A stretch of 64,000 nt of DNA from the human T2T-CHM13v2.0 reference genome, Homo sapiens (GCF_009914755.1 NC_060928.1), one strand, 5' to 3'. Counted from the stretch's first letter, positions 15,017 through 29,700 are shown. Numbers and translations: made by a program. Notes: a model not told the origin generated them from the sequence alone.

Positions 15017-15210
15017 AGAGGTATGCAATTTTTTTCTGAAAAGGCCCAGATATTCAATATTTTCAGCTTTGCAAACCATATGGTTTCTGTTGCAACTGCT
15101 CAATTTTTCCATTATAGCACAAAAGTAGCAAATAGACAATAAGTAAGTAAATGAGCCTGGCTGTGTTCCGATGAAACTGTATTCATAAAAATGGGCAACA
15201 AGCCACATGA
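15017..15210 (+). mobile_element. MER58A (hAT-Charlie)
   Basis: 'ttttctgaaaaggcccagatattcaatattttcagctttgcaaaccatatggtttctgttgcaactgctcaa'. Confidence 0.88.
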
Positions 15211-15227
15211 AGTTTTTCGGTTCTTTT

Positions 15228-15460
15228 ATCAGAGTATGGACTGTGGAATCAGACAGAACTGTGTTTGTATCCTGACTTTCCTATTTGTTAGCTATGTGAC
15301 CTTGGGCAAGTCACTTGATCACTTTGAACTCTAGTTTTTTCACTTATAAAGTGGGGAATTATAATATCTGCCTCATATGGCTGTTGAGAAGAATATGTAA
15401 GATGGTGCATGTGAAGCACTTAGCTAAGTGGTTGGTTACAAGGATTATTAACTATTATTA
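15228..15460 (+). mobile_element. MIR
   Basis: Core 'tagctatgtgaccttgggcaagtcactt...ctctagttttttcacttataaagtgggg'. Confidence 0.9.
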
Positions 15461-16154
15461 GTCAATGCTTTTTTGGCTACTATGTAATTTATTACTTATA
15501 TAGTTACATGCATTTTACCATTTTCTTAGCAGACAGCACTAAGAGCTTTTGACATTTAAGAAACTGAGATTCAAGTGTAAAATATCTATGCAGAATTATC
15601 CCAATACACTGGTTTTATCACCATCACCATTGTCATTGTCACCTTGTTGAGGTTCTAGTTGATCTACCTGATAATACTTTTTCTCTGCTTCTGTCTCCAA
15701 AATTGACCCCTAATAAAGACACAGGAGTCAGGCTTAGATGGAAATTAGGATATCAGCTTTACTCCTGATAAAACAGAACTGAGGAATGTGGTTTAACCCA
15801 TGGCCACCAGGGTTTTCAGATATCCTCCTACATTAGATGATTTTACCTACTCAGTCATAGGCAGTGTTGGACAACCATGTTCCTCCCTTTTGCATGAATC
15901 AAATCTGACACAATAAGCTTTGTGCTTTGCAAAAAAAAAAAGGTGACATGAATGCATGTATCCTTCCTGTAAGCTGGCTGCAAAAGGAAAGAGAAAAGAG
16001 TCTGAGCTGGACAGACCCAACTTTCTTCTCCCATGTTTACAAATAAGATAAATAAGAGGAGTAGGAAGAGAATTCATGTGTGTTACTATAGCTAAAGTCA
16101 CTCTCCAAGAGAATACAGAGATAGAGAAATGGAGGATTTCCACCGGTCTCTAAT

Positions 16155-16362
16155 ACTAAGTCAACCATGTGCTGGGAATGGTGCAAGGAGCTTTATTTTG
16201 ATTAGCCTGTGGGATCTTTACAACAGCCCTTTGAGGCAGACTTATGAATAAACAGCCTTAGAGAGGGAGTGATGTATCTTATCCAAGGTTGTTGCCCAGG
16301 AAGAAAGTATTAGAGCCAGGATTCAAATCCATGTTCAGTTCCTTGACTCCAAAGCTCAGGGA
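16155..16362 (-). mobile_element. MIR
   Basis: 'acaacagccctttgaggcag...ttatccaaggt...agagccaggattcaaatcca...tgactccaaagctc'. Confidence 0.8.
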
Positions 16363-16489
16363 GCTCTTGCTGCCAAACCTGTGCCTTCTGAAAATAAAAC
16401 AAACAACAAACCAAATGCAAACCAACAGGAAAGGCAATGAGTTCAATTTAGACCTTGTGTTTGTGAGCCCACATTGATGCAGAACTATC

Positions 16490-17330
<841 letters not shown>

Positions 17331-18154
17331 TTATATTCAGCTTCCAGTGTTAAGACATTACATCATAGGATGGATGCAACAGTAATCCCCTATAGGGCCA
17401 TATAGCATACCTTTCAATCTGTTCTCAATACATAGCATGGGTATTGAAAGGCAATTTGAATCAAATTGTTAGGTTCCATTTAAAAAATGAGTAAGATATT
17501 CTGATATTTCGATAAAATTATGTCCTTTTCGATAGCCATACATTTAGAAGTTCTATTAAAACAACCAACAAGATTACCTTACAAGGTTTTTTTTTATATG
17601 CTTTTAATTCTCTTGCTTTCCCAATTGCTACAAATTTTTTTAAAATGTGGAATCTGTTGTATTGCTAGATAATGCTAGTTTTAGCAAAGACCAGTTATAA
17701 AAAATTTGGTGTGTTTTAGGGAATTTGGTTTGGATTGCTCTTCAAATACAAAATTGAAGCTACTGACCCGCCATTAGTAGGATACAAAATTTGAGTTATT
17801 TCCCCTGTGTTGGTGATGGATTGTGCTGCCTGAGCCACTGGCACTCCCTTTCACATTAGCCATTGTGACTAATCGCAGGCATTTGCAAGATGATTAGCCA
17901 AGATTAGGGGTACAGTCTGTGATTATGAAACAGATTTTTTTCTTTATGTGAAAGATTACTAGTTTATAATACCATTAAATTATAATTTTGCTCCGTATTC
18001 TAGCCAATGATGGGTTAATAGCAATTTATATTCTTATGACTATTTATGTGCTGTTTGCTAAGGCAGTTCCTGAGTAGAACCCTGTCCCATCCTCATTTTT
18101 CTCTCCTTAAATGTTTACAACTGTCAAATGTACCAATTTCACTGCTAAAGAAAC

Positions 18155-18790
18155 AGTAGTTCATTTATTTATTCAACAAATGTTTATTGAACATTTACAC
18201 GTTAAGCTCTGTTCTAGCACTGGGGATACAGCAGCAAACACATCAGTCTTTTCCTTCCTTGAGCTTTTATTTTGTTAGGGGGAAAACAATACACATAATT
18301 ACTTATAATATATATGTATATAGGTAAAGGCATAAGTAGATATAATAAATAGAGAGAAGAATATATTAGGGAAGGTAAAAGGGCCAGGGAGGAAAATTGT
18401 TTATACTTTATAAGGTGATTAGGGAAGGTCTTACTGATAAGGAGACATTTGAGCAGAGATCAAAGAGTGAAGGAACAAACCATGTGGATATAAAGAGAAA
18501 AGTTTTCAAGCAGATGAAAAAGCAAGTACAAAGACTCTAAATAAGGGAGCATGCTTACAGGTTCAAGAACATCCAAAAGGTCCACGTGAAACAAAAACAC
18601 AAGAGTGAGAATCACAGGAGATCAAGTCAGAGAACTAATGGCGGCCTGATCAAATATGACCTCAATGCCTAGCACAGGATTTTGGCTTTTGCCCCAAGTG
18701 AGATTGAAAGCTATTGCTTGATTTTAGGTAGAGGAGCAGCTTGATCTGACTTTTACAGTCCTTTTGGCTGCATTTAACGTTAGACTTTAG
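18155..18790 (-). mobile_element. L2a 3' end, first part
   Basis: 'ttcatttatttattcaacaaatgtttattgaacatttac...ctctgttctagcactggggatacagcag'. Confidence 0.9.
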
Positions 18791-19226
18791 CGAGATACAT
18801 TAGTTAACTATTACTATGTAACAAATTGCATCAGTATTCAGCAACTTAACACAACATCCATTTTTGTGGGTCAGAAATTGAGCATGGCTTTGCTGGGTCA
18901 TCTGCTTAAGGGTCTTCACAAATTTGTAATCAAGGTGTTGACTGGGGCCTCAGAAATGCCAAGATTCAACTGGGGCAGAATTTGCCACCAACCTCATTCA
19001 GTAGTCAGCAGGGTTCAGTTCTTCAAGGGTTGTTGGGCTGAGGGCCTTAGCTCCTTGTTGGCTAATGGCCAGAGGCCACTCTCAATTCTTACCCAGTAGT
19101 CCTCTTCATCAGGACAAGCAAGTATGAAGAGCCAGAGAGGAAATCTCAGTAAGATAAAAGTCAGTGTCTTTTGTAACCTAATCATAGAAGTAATATTCTG
19201 TCACTTTTACTGTGTTTGTTTCATTA

Positions 19227-19461
<235 letters not shown>

Positions 19462-19474
19462 AACAAGAAGGAGT

Positions 19475-19825
19475 AAAAATGAATGATATCATAGCTTTTG
19501 CAGCAATATGAATGGAACTGGAGGCCATTATTTTAAGTGAAACAACTCAGAAACATAAAGTCAAATATCACATTTTCTCCCTTGTATGTGGGAGCCAAAT
19601 AACATGTATAATTGGACATACAGTGGAATAATAGGCATTGCAGACTCTGAAGGATAGGAGGGTGAGGGGGTGGTGATGGATGAAAAATTAATTAATAGGT
19701 GCAAGGTACAGTATTCTGGTGATGGTTACATTAAAAGCCCAGACTACATTACTACACAACATATTCACATAACAAAACTGCATTTGTCTCCTTACATTGA
19801 TACAAATAAAATTTTTAAAAAAGAG
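19475..19825 (+). mobile_element. L1PB-like 3' UTR
   Basis: 'ggtgatggttacattaaaagcccagactacattactacacaacatattcacataacaaaactgcatttgt'. Confidence 0.8.
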
Positions 19826-20388
19826 AGAAAAAAGAACAAGATTCTTCCATTTGCCACAACATGGATGGAACTGGAGGATATTATACTAGGTGAATTAAGC
19901 CAGACACAGAAAGAAAAATACTGCATTATCTCACTTATACACAGAATCTAAAAAAAAAAAAAAAGGCCAAAACCACAGAGATAGAGTGTTTGCTATGGGT
20001 GGTGGGAGTGGAGAGGAAATGGGGAGATATAGGTAAAAGGATAGAATGTTGTAAATTTATAGGATAAGCAAATATAGAGATCTAATGTACAACATGGGGA
20101 CTACAGTTAATGTTGTATTTGGGATATTTGCTGTGTGGATTTTAGGTGCTTATGACACACACAAAGGAAATTTAACTATGTGAGATGAGAGATAGGTTGA
20201 TTTGCTTGACTATAGCAATCATTTTGCTATGTGTATGTATGTATATATCAAAACATCATGTTGCCCCTCTTAAATATATGCTTTTTTTAAAAAAGTAAGT
20301 CATTATGTCCAGCCTACATTCAAGGGGAGGAGATTATATAAAGGCATGGGTACCAGGAGGCAGAATTATTGGGATCCATGTCAGAAGC

Positions 20389-20890
20389 AAGGAGGCAAGG
20401 AAAGACACAAGGAAACAATTTAGAGTGTTACTAATATATTGTTAGAGCTATTGATGTTTCCTTGGCTTTGTATACGTGGAATGCTAGTGGCTAAACTGTT
20501 CCTAAAGCTCTGCTTCCTGTGCAGATTCTGGATGTATTTTGAAGTTCAAACTAATAATATTTAGTGAGGTATTGGATATAGATGTGAGAAGAAGAATAGT
20601 CGCAAGAGTAACTGTGGCATTTGGTATAAGCCACTGGAAGAATGAAATTGCTGTTTTCTGAAATGGCAAAAACTTGCAGGAAAATATTTTGTCAAGGATA
20701 GGAAGGAATCAAGTCTTAGGTTTTAACATGTTGACTTTGAGTTGCATTTTTGATGCCCAAGTAGAGGAGATGACTTGGTGCTTGGATATATAAGCCTAAG
20801 TCTAAGGTAAAAGGTTTGGCTATAAATAAAAATTTGAGAATCATTATTATTTATATTGCATTTAATGCCATTATGCTAGATTGAATCAAA
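20389..20890 (-). mobile_element. L2a, continuation
   Basis: 'cagattctggatgtattttgaag...aagaatgaaattgctgttttctgaaatgg...catgttgactttgag'. Confidence 0.8.
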
Positions 20891-20973
20891 GCGTATGCCA
20901 GAACTTCTAGAGACTGTGGTAAAATGAAAAAGAATATTTTGTGAGAGATTCATGGATGAAGACCAGTTAACCC

Positions 20974-23549
20974 TGTATGGTTTAATTATTTATGTCCCCT
21001 CCTGTATTAGTACATTTTCACCCTGCTATAAAGACATACCTCAGACTGGGTAATTTATAAAGAAAAGAGGTTTAATTGACTCACAGTTCTGCATGGCTGG
21101 GGAGGCCTCAAGAAACTTATAATCATGGTGGAAGGGGAAGAGGCACATCTTACATGGTGGCATGTGAGAGAGAATGCAAAAAAGCAGGGAAACCTGCCTT
21201 ATAAAACTCTCAGATCTTGTGAGAACTCACTCACTATCACTAGAACAGCATGGGGAACCATTCTCATGATCCAATCACTGCCCATTTGGTCCCTCCCTTG
21301 ACATGTGAGGATGATGGGGATTTCAATTATAGATGAGATTTAGGTGGGGACACAGAGACAAACCATATTATTCCACTCCTCATTTCTCCAAAATTTCACA
21401 TCCTCACATTTCAAAACACAATCATGTCTTCTCAACTGTCCTCCAAAGTCTTAACTCATTTCAGCATTAACTCAAAAGTCCACAGTCCAAAGTCTCATCT
21501 GAGAGAAAGCAAGTCCTTTCTGCCTAGGAGCCTGTAAAATCAGAAGCAAGTTAGTTAATTCCAAGATACAGTGGGGGTAGAGGCATTGGATAAATGCTCC
21601 CATTCCAAATGAGAGGAATAGTCTAAAACAAAGGGGCTACAAGCCCCATGCAAGTCCAAAATACAGTGGCACAGTCATTAAATCTTAGAGCTCCTAAATA
21701 ATCTCCTTTGAGTCCATGCCTCACATCCAGGTCATGGTGATGCAGGAAGTGGGTTCCCACAGTCTTGGGCAGCTACATCCCTGTGGCTTTGCAGGGTACA
21801 GCCCTCTCCTGGCTGGCATTGAGTGTCTCCAATTTTTCCATGTGCATTCTGCGGTCTGGAGGACAGTGGCCCTCTTCTGACAGCTCCACTAGAAAGTGCC
21901 CCAGTTGGGACACTGTGTGGGGGCTCCAACCCCACATTTCCCTTCCACACTGCCCTAGCAGGGGTTCTCCATGAGTGCTCCACCCTTGCAGCAAACTTCT
22001 GCCTGGACATCCAGGCATTTCCATACATCCTCTGAAATCTAGGTGGAGGTTTCCAAACCTCAATTCTGACTTCTATGCACTGGCAGGCCTAACACTACAT
22101 GGAAGCCACCAAGACTTGGGACTTTCACCCTCTGAAACAATGGCCTGAGTGGTACTTTGACCTCTTTTAGCCATGGCTGTTATGCAGGTGCCAAGTCCCA
22201 AGGCTGCACAGAGCAGCAATGGGGCCCTGGGTCTGGGCCCATGAAACCATTTTTCCCTCCTAGCCCTTCAGGTCTGTGATGGGAGGGTGTGCTGTGAAGG
22301 TCTCTGACATGCCCTCGAGACATTTTCCCCGTTGTCTTGGTGATTAACATTCTGCTCCTCATAACTTATGCAAATTTCTACAGCTGGCCTGAATTCCTCC
22401 TAGAAAACGTGTTTCTCTTTTCTATGACCTCATCAGGCTGCAAATATTTCAAACTTTTATCCTCCTCTTCCCTTTTAAACTTAAGTTTAAATTTCAGATC
22501 ATCTCAAGTTGCAAGTTGAAAGTTCCACAGATTTCTAGGACAGGGCAAAATGCTGCCAATCTCTTTGCTAAAGATAGCAAGAGTGACCTTTGCTCTGGTT
22601 CCCAACAAGTTCTTCATCATGATCTGAGACCATCTCAATCTTGACTTCATTGTCTATATCACCATGAGCATTTTGGTCAAAACCATTCAACAACTCTCTA
22701 GGAAGTTCCAAATTTTCCCACATCTTCCTCTCTTTTTCTGAGCCCTCCAAACTGTTCCAACCTCTGCCTGTTACTCAGTTCCAATGTCACGTCCACATTT
22801 TCATGTATCTTTATAGCAGTACCCCACTCTTGGTACCAATGTATTGTATTAGTTCATTTTCACACTGCTACAAAGACATACCCAAGACTGAGTAATTTAT
22901 AAAGAAAATAGGCTTAATTGACACACAGTCCTGCATGGCTGATGAGGCTTCAAGAAACTTACAATCATGGTGGAAGGAGAAGAAGCATGTCTTACATGGT
23001 GGCAGGCAAGAGAGGGCAAGCAACCACAGGGAAAACTGCCTTATAAAGCCATCAGATTTCATGAGAACTCACTCACTATCACTAGAACAGCAAAGAGAAA
23101 ACCACCCCCATGATCTAACAACCTCCCATCTTGTCCCTCCCTCCACACGTGGGGATTGTGGGGATTATTATACAATTCAGGATGATATTTGGGTGGGGAC
23201 ACAGAGCCAAACCGTTTTATTGCCAAAATTCAAATTCCAAATTCCAAGGTGATGATCTTGAAATGTGGGGCCTTTAGAAGGAGTTTACATAATGAGAGTG
23301 GAGCCCTAATGAATGGGATTAGTGTTCTTATAAAAGAGACCTGAGGGAGCTTGTTTGCCCCTTCCACCATGTGAAGAGACAGCAAAAAGACACCATCTAT
23401 GAGAAAGTGATCCTCACCAGATACCTAATCTATTGGCACCTTGGTTTTTGATTTGCTAAGCCTCCAAAATTGTTATACATAAATTTCTGCTATTTATAAG
23501 CTACCTAGTTTATGCTATTTTATTGTAGCACATAGAATAGATTAAGAGA
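20974..23549 (+). mobile_element. MLT1A0-like LTR, split by the THE1 provirus (pieces 20974-21002 and 23220-23549)
   Basis: 'tgtatggttt...tgtcccctcc' resumes as 'ccaaaattc...ccaaggtgatg...gagccctaatgaatgggattagtg..cttataaaagagac'. Confidence 0.85.
21003..23219 (-). mobile_element. Complete THE1 (THE1C/D) MaLR provirus: LTR 21003-21370, internal region, LTR 22845-23219
   Basis: Two direct LTRs (tgtattagt.cattttcac.ctgcta.aaagacatacc...gtggggacacagag.caaacc) flank ~1.5 kb of THE1-int ending 'ggtaccaat'. Confidence 0.95.
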
Positions 23550-23589
23550 GCAGTCACCTTTTTGTCTCTAACAAGAACAACTTTTTGCA

Positions 23590-24112
23590 TTATGCAAATC
23601 AGTTAAGTTTCTTATAGTCCTGACCTTCCAGAACAAAATTCTGGCTCCATCTACAGGAGGACAAATCTTCAAATAATCTTGGCCAACTCCACTCTTTCCC
23701 CTCTTGCTTGCAATCTTGTGCAGAATATACAGAGAATGCAACATCCTGAGATAAGAAAAAAATGTCTAGAACAATCTGGGCTGTGTTCTGATTCTTTCCA
23801 GAATGGGATGTTCTGCAGTTCTTGTGCTCCATCATCCCTGTGCTGCCCAGGGTGTAAAACCCAGAGCAGAGTGCTTGAGGGAATCCTTAGCTATAAGTCA
23901 TGCGCAGACAAGACTCCATCCAACCCTATGCAACTTTCTGGAGCCTTGGGGAATGGGCTTGCCATAGATCCTAGGCTTCTGTTGATTCTTGTTGCCTATT
24001 TGTGAGTAATACATTTGCTTTTCCTGACATCTGTAAGTATTCTATCTCACTGGATACATACCTTGGGAACTGGGTTTATGCAAAACCTCTTGCCAGACTT
24101 AGGAATCTTTGT
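23590..24112 (+). mobile_element. ERVL-class solo LTR (family not assigned)
   Basis: 'gagaatgcaacatcctgagata...gggtgtaaaacccagagcag...gactccatcc...gatcctaggcttctgttg...gtgagtaatac' is a remembered ERVL LTR pattern; edges uncertain. Confidence 0.6.
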
Positions 24113-24254
24113 ATTGCCTTTCCATTTTTTTTCTAGTCAATATTTATCGAAACCAAGAATTTGGGTTGCTGAAAGGCAAAAGCAAGCCTATGTTAATACA
24201 AAGTGAAACTTTTGCAATTACAGGTCTTTCTTAAAAGAACTTCACAGATAAATC

Positions 24255-24558
24255 TTTTTTTTTTTTTTTTTTTTTTTGAGACAGAGTTTCACTCTTGTTG
24301 CCCAGGCTGGAGTGCAATGGCATGATCTTGGCTCACAGCAACCTCCACTTCCCAGGTTCAAGCGATTCTCTTGCCTCAGCCTCCTGAGTAGCTGAGATTA
24401 CAGGCATGCACCACCACGCCCGGCTAATTTTGTATTTTTAGTAGAGATGGGGTTTCTCCATGTTGGTCAGGCTGGTCTCAAGCTCCCAACCTCAGGTGAT
24501 CCAACTGCCTCAGCCTCTCAAAGTGCAGGGATTACAGGCACGAGCCTCCGCGCCCAGC
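24255..24558 (-). mobile_element. AluSp/Sq-like
   Basis: 'gagtttcactcttgttgcccagg', 'tttctccatgttggtcagg'; TSD cagataaatc / cagataattc. Confidence 0.97.
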
Positions 24559-25147
24559 AGATAATTCATTTTTTAAAGGCAAGGTTCAGTTCGTGGAATA
24601 CATTTTTCTAGCTCTTTCTTCACTCGTTGATGAATCTCATTTATTATTTTTACCTCAAAAGTCATTTATATACTGTCAAGCTCCAAAATCTATATTTTAA
24701 ACCTCAAACTTCTTTCCACAAGTTTCTGTTCCTTAATTTTACCTGTCCTCTGGCCATCTTGACCTAGAGTCCTAGAGAGATTGGAAGTGAATTCATGCTG
24801 ATTTCCAAGAACCTATTCTGTCCCTTTAAGTTTATGGCCTCATGATCTATGTAGCTTCCTAAGTCAAAAATTTAGGGGGCATCCCAAGATTTCCTTCTCT
24901 CTCATGCTCTGAATATTAATGATAATAAAATTAGTGACATAAAGGAGATTTATAAATATTATATCTAATTGTCACAATAACCTCATTGTATAGCTATGAT
25001 TATATCTTATTAATAAGAAGGGGGAAATAATTTGTCCCAGATCAAAAAGCAAATTAATGACAAAACCTAGAGTTGAGCTAACTCTTCCAGGCTGCAAATT
25101 CAGCACTCTTTCTACTTTTCAATGTTGCTTCTTCAATCGTTCATTAA

Positions 25148-25663
<516 letters not shown>

Positions 25664-25929
25664 CCATTCCATTTCTTATATAGCTTTTTTTTTTTTTTTT
25701 TTTTTACTTTCACTGCATGCAAAATCAGGTGCAAGACTTAATTTAATATTTTATTTTCACATTTAAGATCCTTTTCAAATTCTACCCAAATCCAAGTTCA
25801 AAAGCCACCATGCACCCTTTGTTCCAGAAATTCCAAACTTTTTTTTTCATTGCCTGACTGATTTTGTTTTTCTAAAATGTTCTGCCCTCTCCTCTAACTA
25901 TAAAAGCCTTTCTCAGGCTTTAAGGTCAA

Positions 25930-26259
<330 letters not shown>

Positions 26260-26632
26260 TAATTCAAATGGTTCTTCCTCTGTATGGCTTATATATATTT
26301 AGCTAAAGCTAATTTCTCTTTCTCCTGGGCCCTCAGAACTAATTTCTGTTTACATCTCTCCTTCTCACAGTAGAGATTTTTTTAAATAATTTTTTTTACG
26401 TTTCAAAATGTGATTTTAAAAGTTGGGAAATTCATCAGTTCTATAGTGGTAAGTACAGTTATTACAAAATGTGATGCTGTGTATTGGGACACTGTATATT
26501 TGAGTCCATGAAATATTTGAAAATTTTGTCCTAAAATGAATTCTTTATGTAGAATATTTTGGGCAGCACCCAAGTAATCTGGAAAAATGAATACTGTATA
26601 GAGATGTATCCTCTTGACCTTTCTTGGTTTGG

Positions 26633-27049
26633 TATATTAGTTTGTTGACGCTGCCATAACAAAATGCCACAAACTGGGTAGCTTAGATAACAGAAATTAA
26701 TTTTCTCACTGTTCTGGAGGCTGGAAGTCCAAGATCAAAGAGTTAGCAGGTTTGGCTTCTTCTGAGGCCTCTCTTCTTGGCTTGCAGACAGCCGCCTTGT
26801 CTCTATTCCTCACATGGCCTTTCCTCTGTGCACGTGCATCTCTAGTTTCTCTTTTTTTATGTCCAGATTTGCTCTTCAGACAAGGACATCGGTCAGATAG
26901 TATTAGGGTCCACCCTCATGACCTCATTTAACCTTCGATATCTCTTTAAAGCTATATCTCCAAATACAGTCACATTCTGAGGTACTGGGGGTTCATGCTT
27001 CAACATGCGAATTTTGGGGAAGGAGTGAGGCAAAATGGTGCACATAACA
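26633..27049 (-). mobile_element. MLT1B/C MaLR solo LTR
   Basis: 'gctgccataacaaaatgccacaaactgggtagctta...ctccaaatacagtcacattctgaggtactggggg'. Confidence 0.92.
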
Positions 27050-27107
27050 GGATTGTATGAAAGTATAATATCTCACATAATATTCAGTTTTCAAAAATTT
27101 AATTGTT

Positions 27108-27699
27108 CAGTAAATCACTTAAAGTCATCAATGGGTTCTTGGGAACAGTGAGTTTAAGCAAAATGACGTATCACAAAGCCAGTTTTGCTATAGGCCAGGT
27201 GATTAAGCTTTTATGGCATATTTCTGGTCACAAAAACATCACCAAAGTTCTAAATAAAGACCAAAAGACTTCTAATAGTAAACATTAAAATAAATATGTG
27301 CTATGTACATACTTAAGAAAGATTAATAAAAACAAGTATGATTATTATTTACCCAATTTTTATCTCAGATTAGGGCTGCTGGTGCCTGGAGCCTGTCTAG
27401 GCAGCTCAGAGTACAAGGCAGGAACCAGCCCTGGACAGGACACCATCCCATCACAGGGCACACTCACACACACCCATATCTACCCTCACTCAGACTGGAA
27501 CCATTTAGACATGCCAAGTTACCCAATGTTCACAGCTTTGAGATGTGGGAGGAAACCAGAGTGACTGGAGAAAACCCACAAACGTAGGGAGAATGTGCAA
27601 ACTACATGTAGACAGTGGTCATGGCCAGGAAGAGATTTTTTTTAATCTGTGTTAAAATGAAATGTTGTTGAATGAAACAATGATATCTGAGGGGTTGTG
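27108..27699 (-). mobile_element. MER6A (TcMar-Tigger non-autonomous DNA transposon)
   Basis: cagtaa.tc-cactt terminus; 'atatttctggtcacaaaaacatcaccaaa'; core 'gggaggaaaccagagtgactggagaaaacccac...gggagaatgtgcaaact'. Confidence 0.88.
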
Positions 27700-28024
27700 T
27701 TTTGTTCTGATATAGTGTGGTTAATATTATCTAACATTATAACATTATTTTAGTGGCAAATATGAATTTGTATGACATAAAAATAATAAATATTTGTATA
27801 TATTCAGTGGCTTCTTAATTCTATGTTTGATTTATTTATAATTAAAATAAGGACACTGATTATATAAATTAAGTCTTATATTTGATTCTGAGTCAAACAA
27901 TATTTTGGGCAAAGTCTTAACAGCTCACATTTATTTACATGAATTGTTTCCTGTTAATCATATGCAATTATAAGATGCAAGGTACATCACTGATTTCCCC
28001 TCAGAAAATTTTGAAGATTTTAAT

Positions 28025-28576
28025 TGGTTTTATTACTTATGATTGCATAACAAATTACTCCAGATATTAGGCCTAAAGATAACAAACATTTGTTATCTCA
28101 CACAGTTTCTGAGAGTCAGAAATCTGGGATCAGCTTAGGCGGGTGGTTTTGGCTCAGAGTTACTCATTTCACTGCTAAGATATCAGACCTAGGGTCATCT
28201 GTAGGTTTGACAGAGGCTGGAAGATCCACTTCCAAACAGCTCACTCAAGAAGCTGTTGGTTGGATGCCTTGTTCTTCAGAGCTGATGGCAGGAGGTCTCA
28301 GGGCCATAAGAACCTCTCCACAGAGTTGCTTGAGTATCAGCTCAACATGTCAGTTAACATCCTTCAGAGCATGTGATCCAAGACAGAGCAGGCAGAAAGC
28401 CACAATGCCTTGGAAGTGTAGTCTAGCCTTGGAAGTCACACACCATCATTCCACAGTATTCTACTTGCTAGAAGTTAGTCACTAAGGTCAGGCTTGCACA
28501 AGTAGAAGGGAATTAAACTCCAACTTTCAAAGAAAGAAGAACTGAAGCCTTTGTAGAAATATTTAAATCTAGCACA
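28025..28576 (-). mobile_element. MLT1H-like LTR
   Basis: 'gcataacaaattactcca...ttatctcacacagtttctgagagtcagaaatctggga...tagccttggaagtcacacaccatcattcc'. Confidence 0.85.
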
Positions 28577-28610
28577 CTGTTCTTGAGCAAGATAATACTA
28601 ATTAAGAGGA

Positions 28611-29012
28611 TATCTTAGTCTGTTTGGACTGCTGTAACAAAATACCTTAAGCCGAGTGGCTTATAAACAACCAAATTTTATTTCTTACAGTTCTGGAGTC
28701 TGGGAAGTCCAAGATCAAGGTACTGTCAGATCAAGTTACTGTCAACCCTCTGGTGAGGGTTGACTTCCTGGCTCATAGATAGCACCTTCTCACAGTGACC
28801 TCACTTGAGTGAGGTCCCCTTGTGGTAATGAGTGAATTCCAGCTCTGTTAGTTCCTCAAAATCTCTCTGGGAAATCTTTTGTAAGGACGCTAACCTCATC
28901 ATGAGGTCTCTTCTCCCACGACCTAACCACCTCCCAAAGGCCCTACTTTCAAATGTAGGATTTCAACATATGAGTTTTGGTGAAGGGGTACGCAAACATT
29001 TGGACCACAGCA
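28611..29012 (-). mobile_element. MLT1A-like LTR
   Basis: tatcttagtctgtttggactgctgtaacaaaatacc start; caaacatttggaccacagca end. Confidence 0.9.
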
Positions 29013-29079
29013 GAGGATCACTTAAATTTATATACCGAAAATCTTGGTAAAAGAATCCAGAGCATGAGCTATTCACATG

Positions 29080-29700
29080 GGAAGAAAATGTTATATATTA
29101 TAAATTTAAGAGGAATTTGTAGCCCCCCAAAAGAGCACTGTAAAATAAAGATAATCAATTCCTGTGGTTTGAAGCCACTGTCTGTGCTAATTTGTTACAG
29201 TAACCTTAGGAAAGTCCCACAGTACCTTTGCAAGAAAACAGAGTATAAGAGGACTGAGGCATTTTCAATTAACATAGTGAACATGGGAACTGTAATTCAA
29301 AGAACTATGAGGCTTAGAACATATGGAATTATTACTAGATGGGCCATGAAGGTTGCATTTGCTATTTCCGCTGTTTCTCTCCAACACCTGGCAGACAGGT
29401 TGTTGTCACTGTCAAAGACGCAGTGCCAATCCAAGTTCATTTTCATCATGGGTGTGGGCAGCCAATAAGACTTTATATCAATATATATCTGCAGCCAGAG
29501 TCTATGTAAAGGAATTCCAATGAAATACCTGCCTTGCACCCTGCTGGCTTAACCTATGAACCTCCATAGCTGTATGGTACAACAGCCCATGATCTTAGGT
29601 AAACACAGATCATTCAATGTCTGCTCTGCATAATGAGCCAGAGACTCATGGTCAATGAGTCCAATCACGTTACAATCACCACCAAAACAAGGTACAAATC
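29080..29700 (+). mobile_element. MLT1 LTR 3' end (to ~29221) followed by possible internal sequence
   Basis: 'tgtggtttgaagccact...taatttgttacagtaacc.taggaaa' LTR end; the downstream sequence is only weakly pol-like. Confidence 0.4.

Noticed and set aside
17410-17451. Hairpin cctttcaat...attgaaagg
   Set aside because: Only a 9 bp perfect stem; plausible by chance, and no RNA-gene motifs
21732-23252. Cluster of 60-105 aa ORFs
   Set aside because: All fall within THE1 internal/LTR sequence and are fragmented
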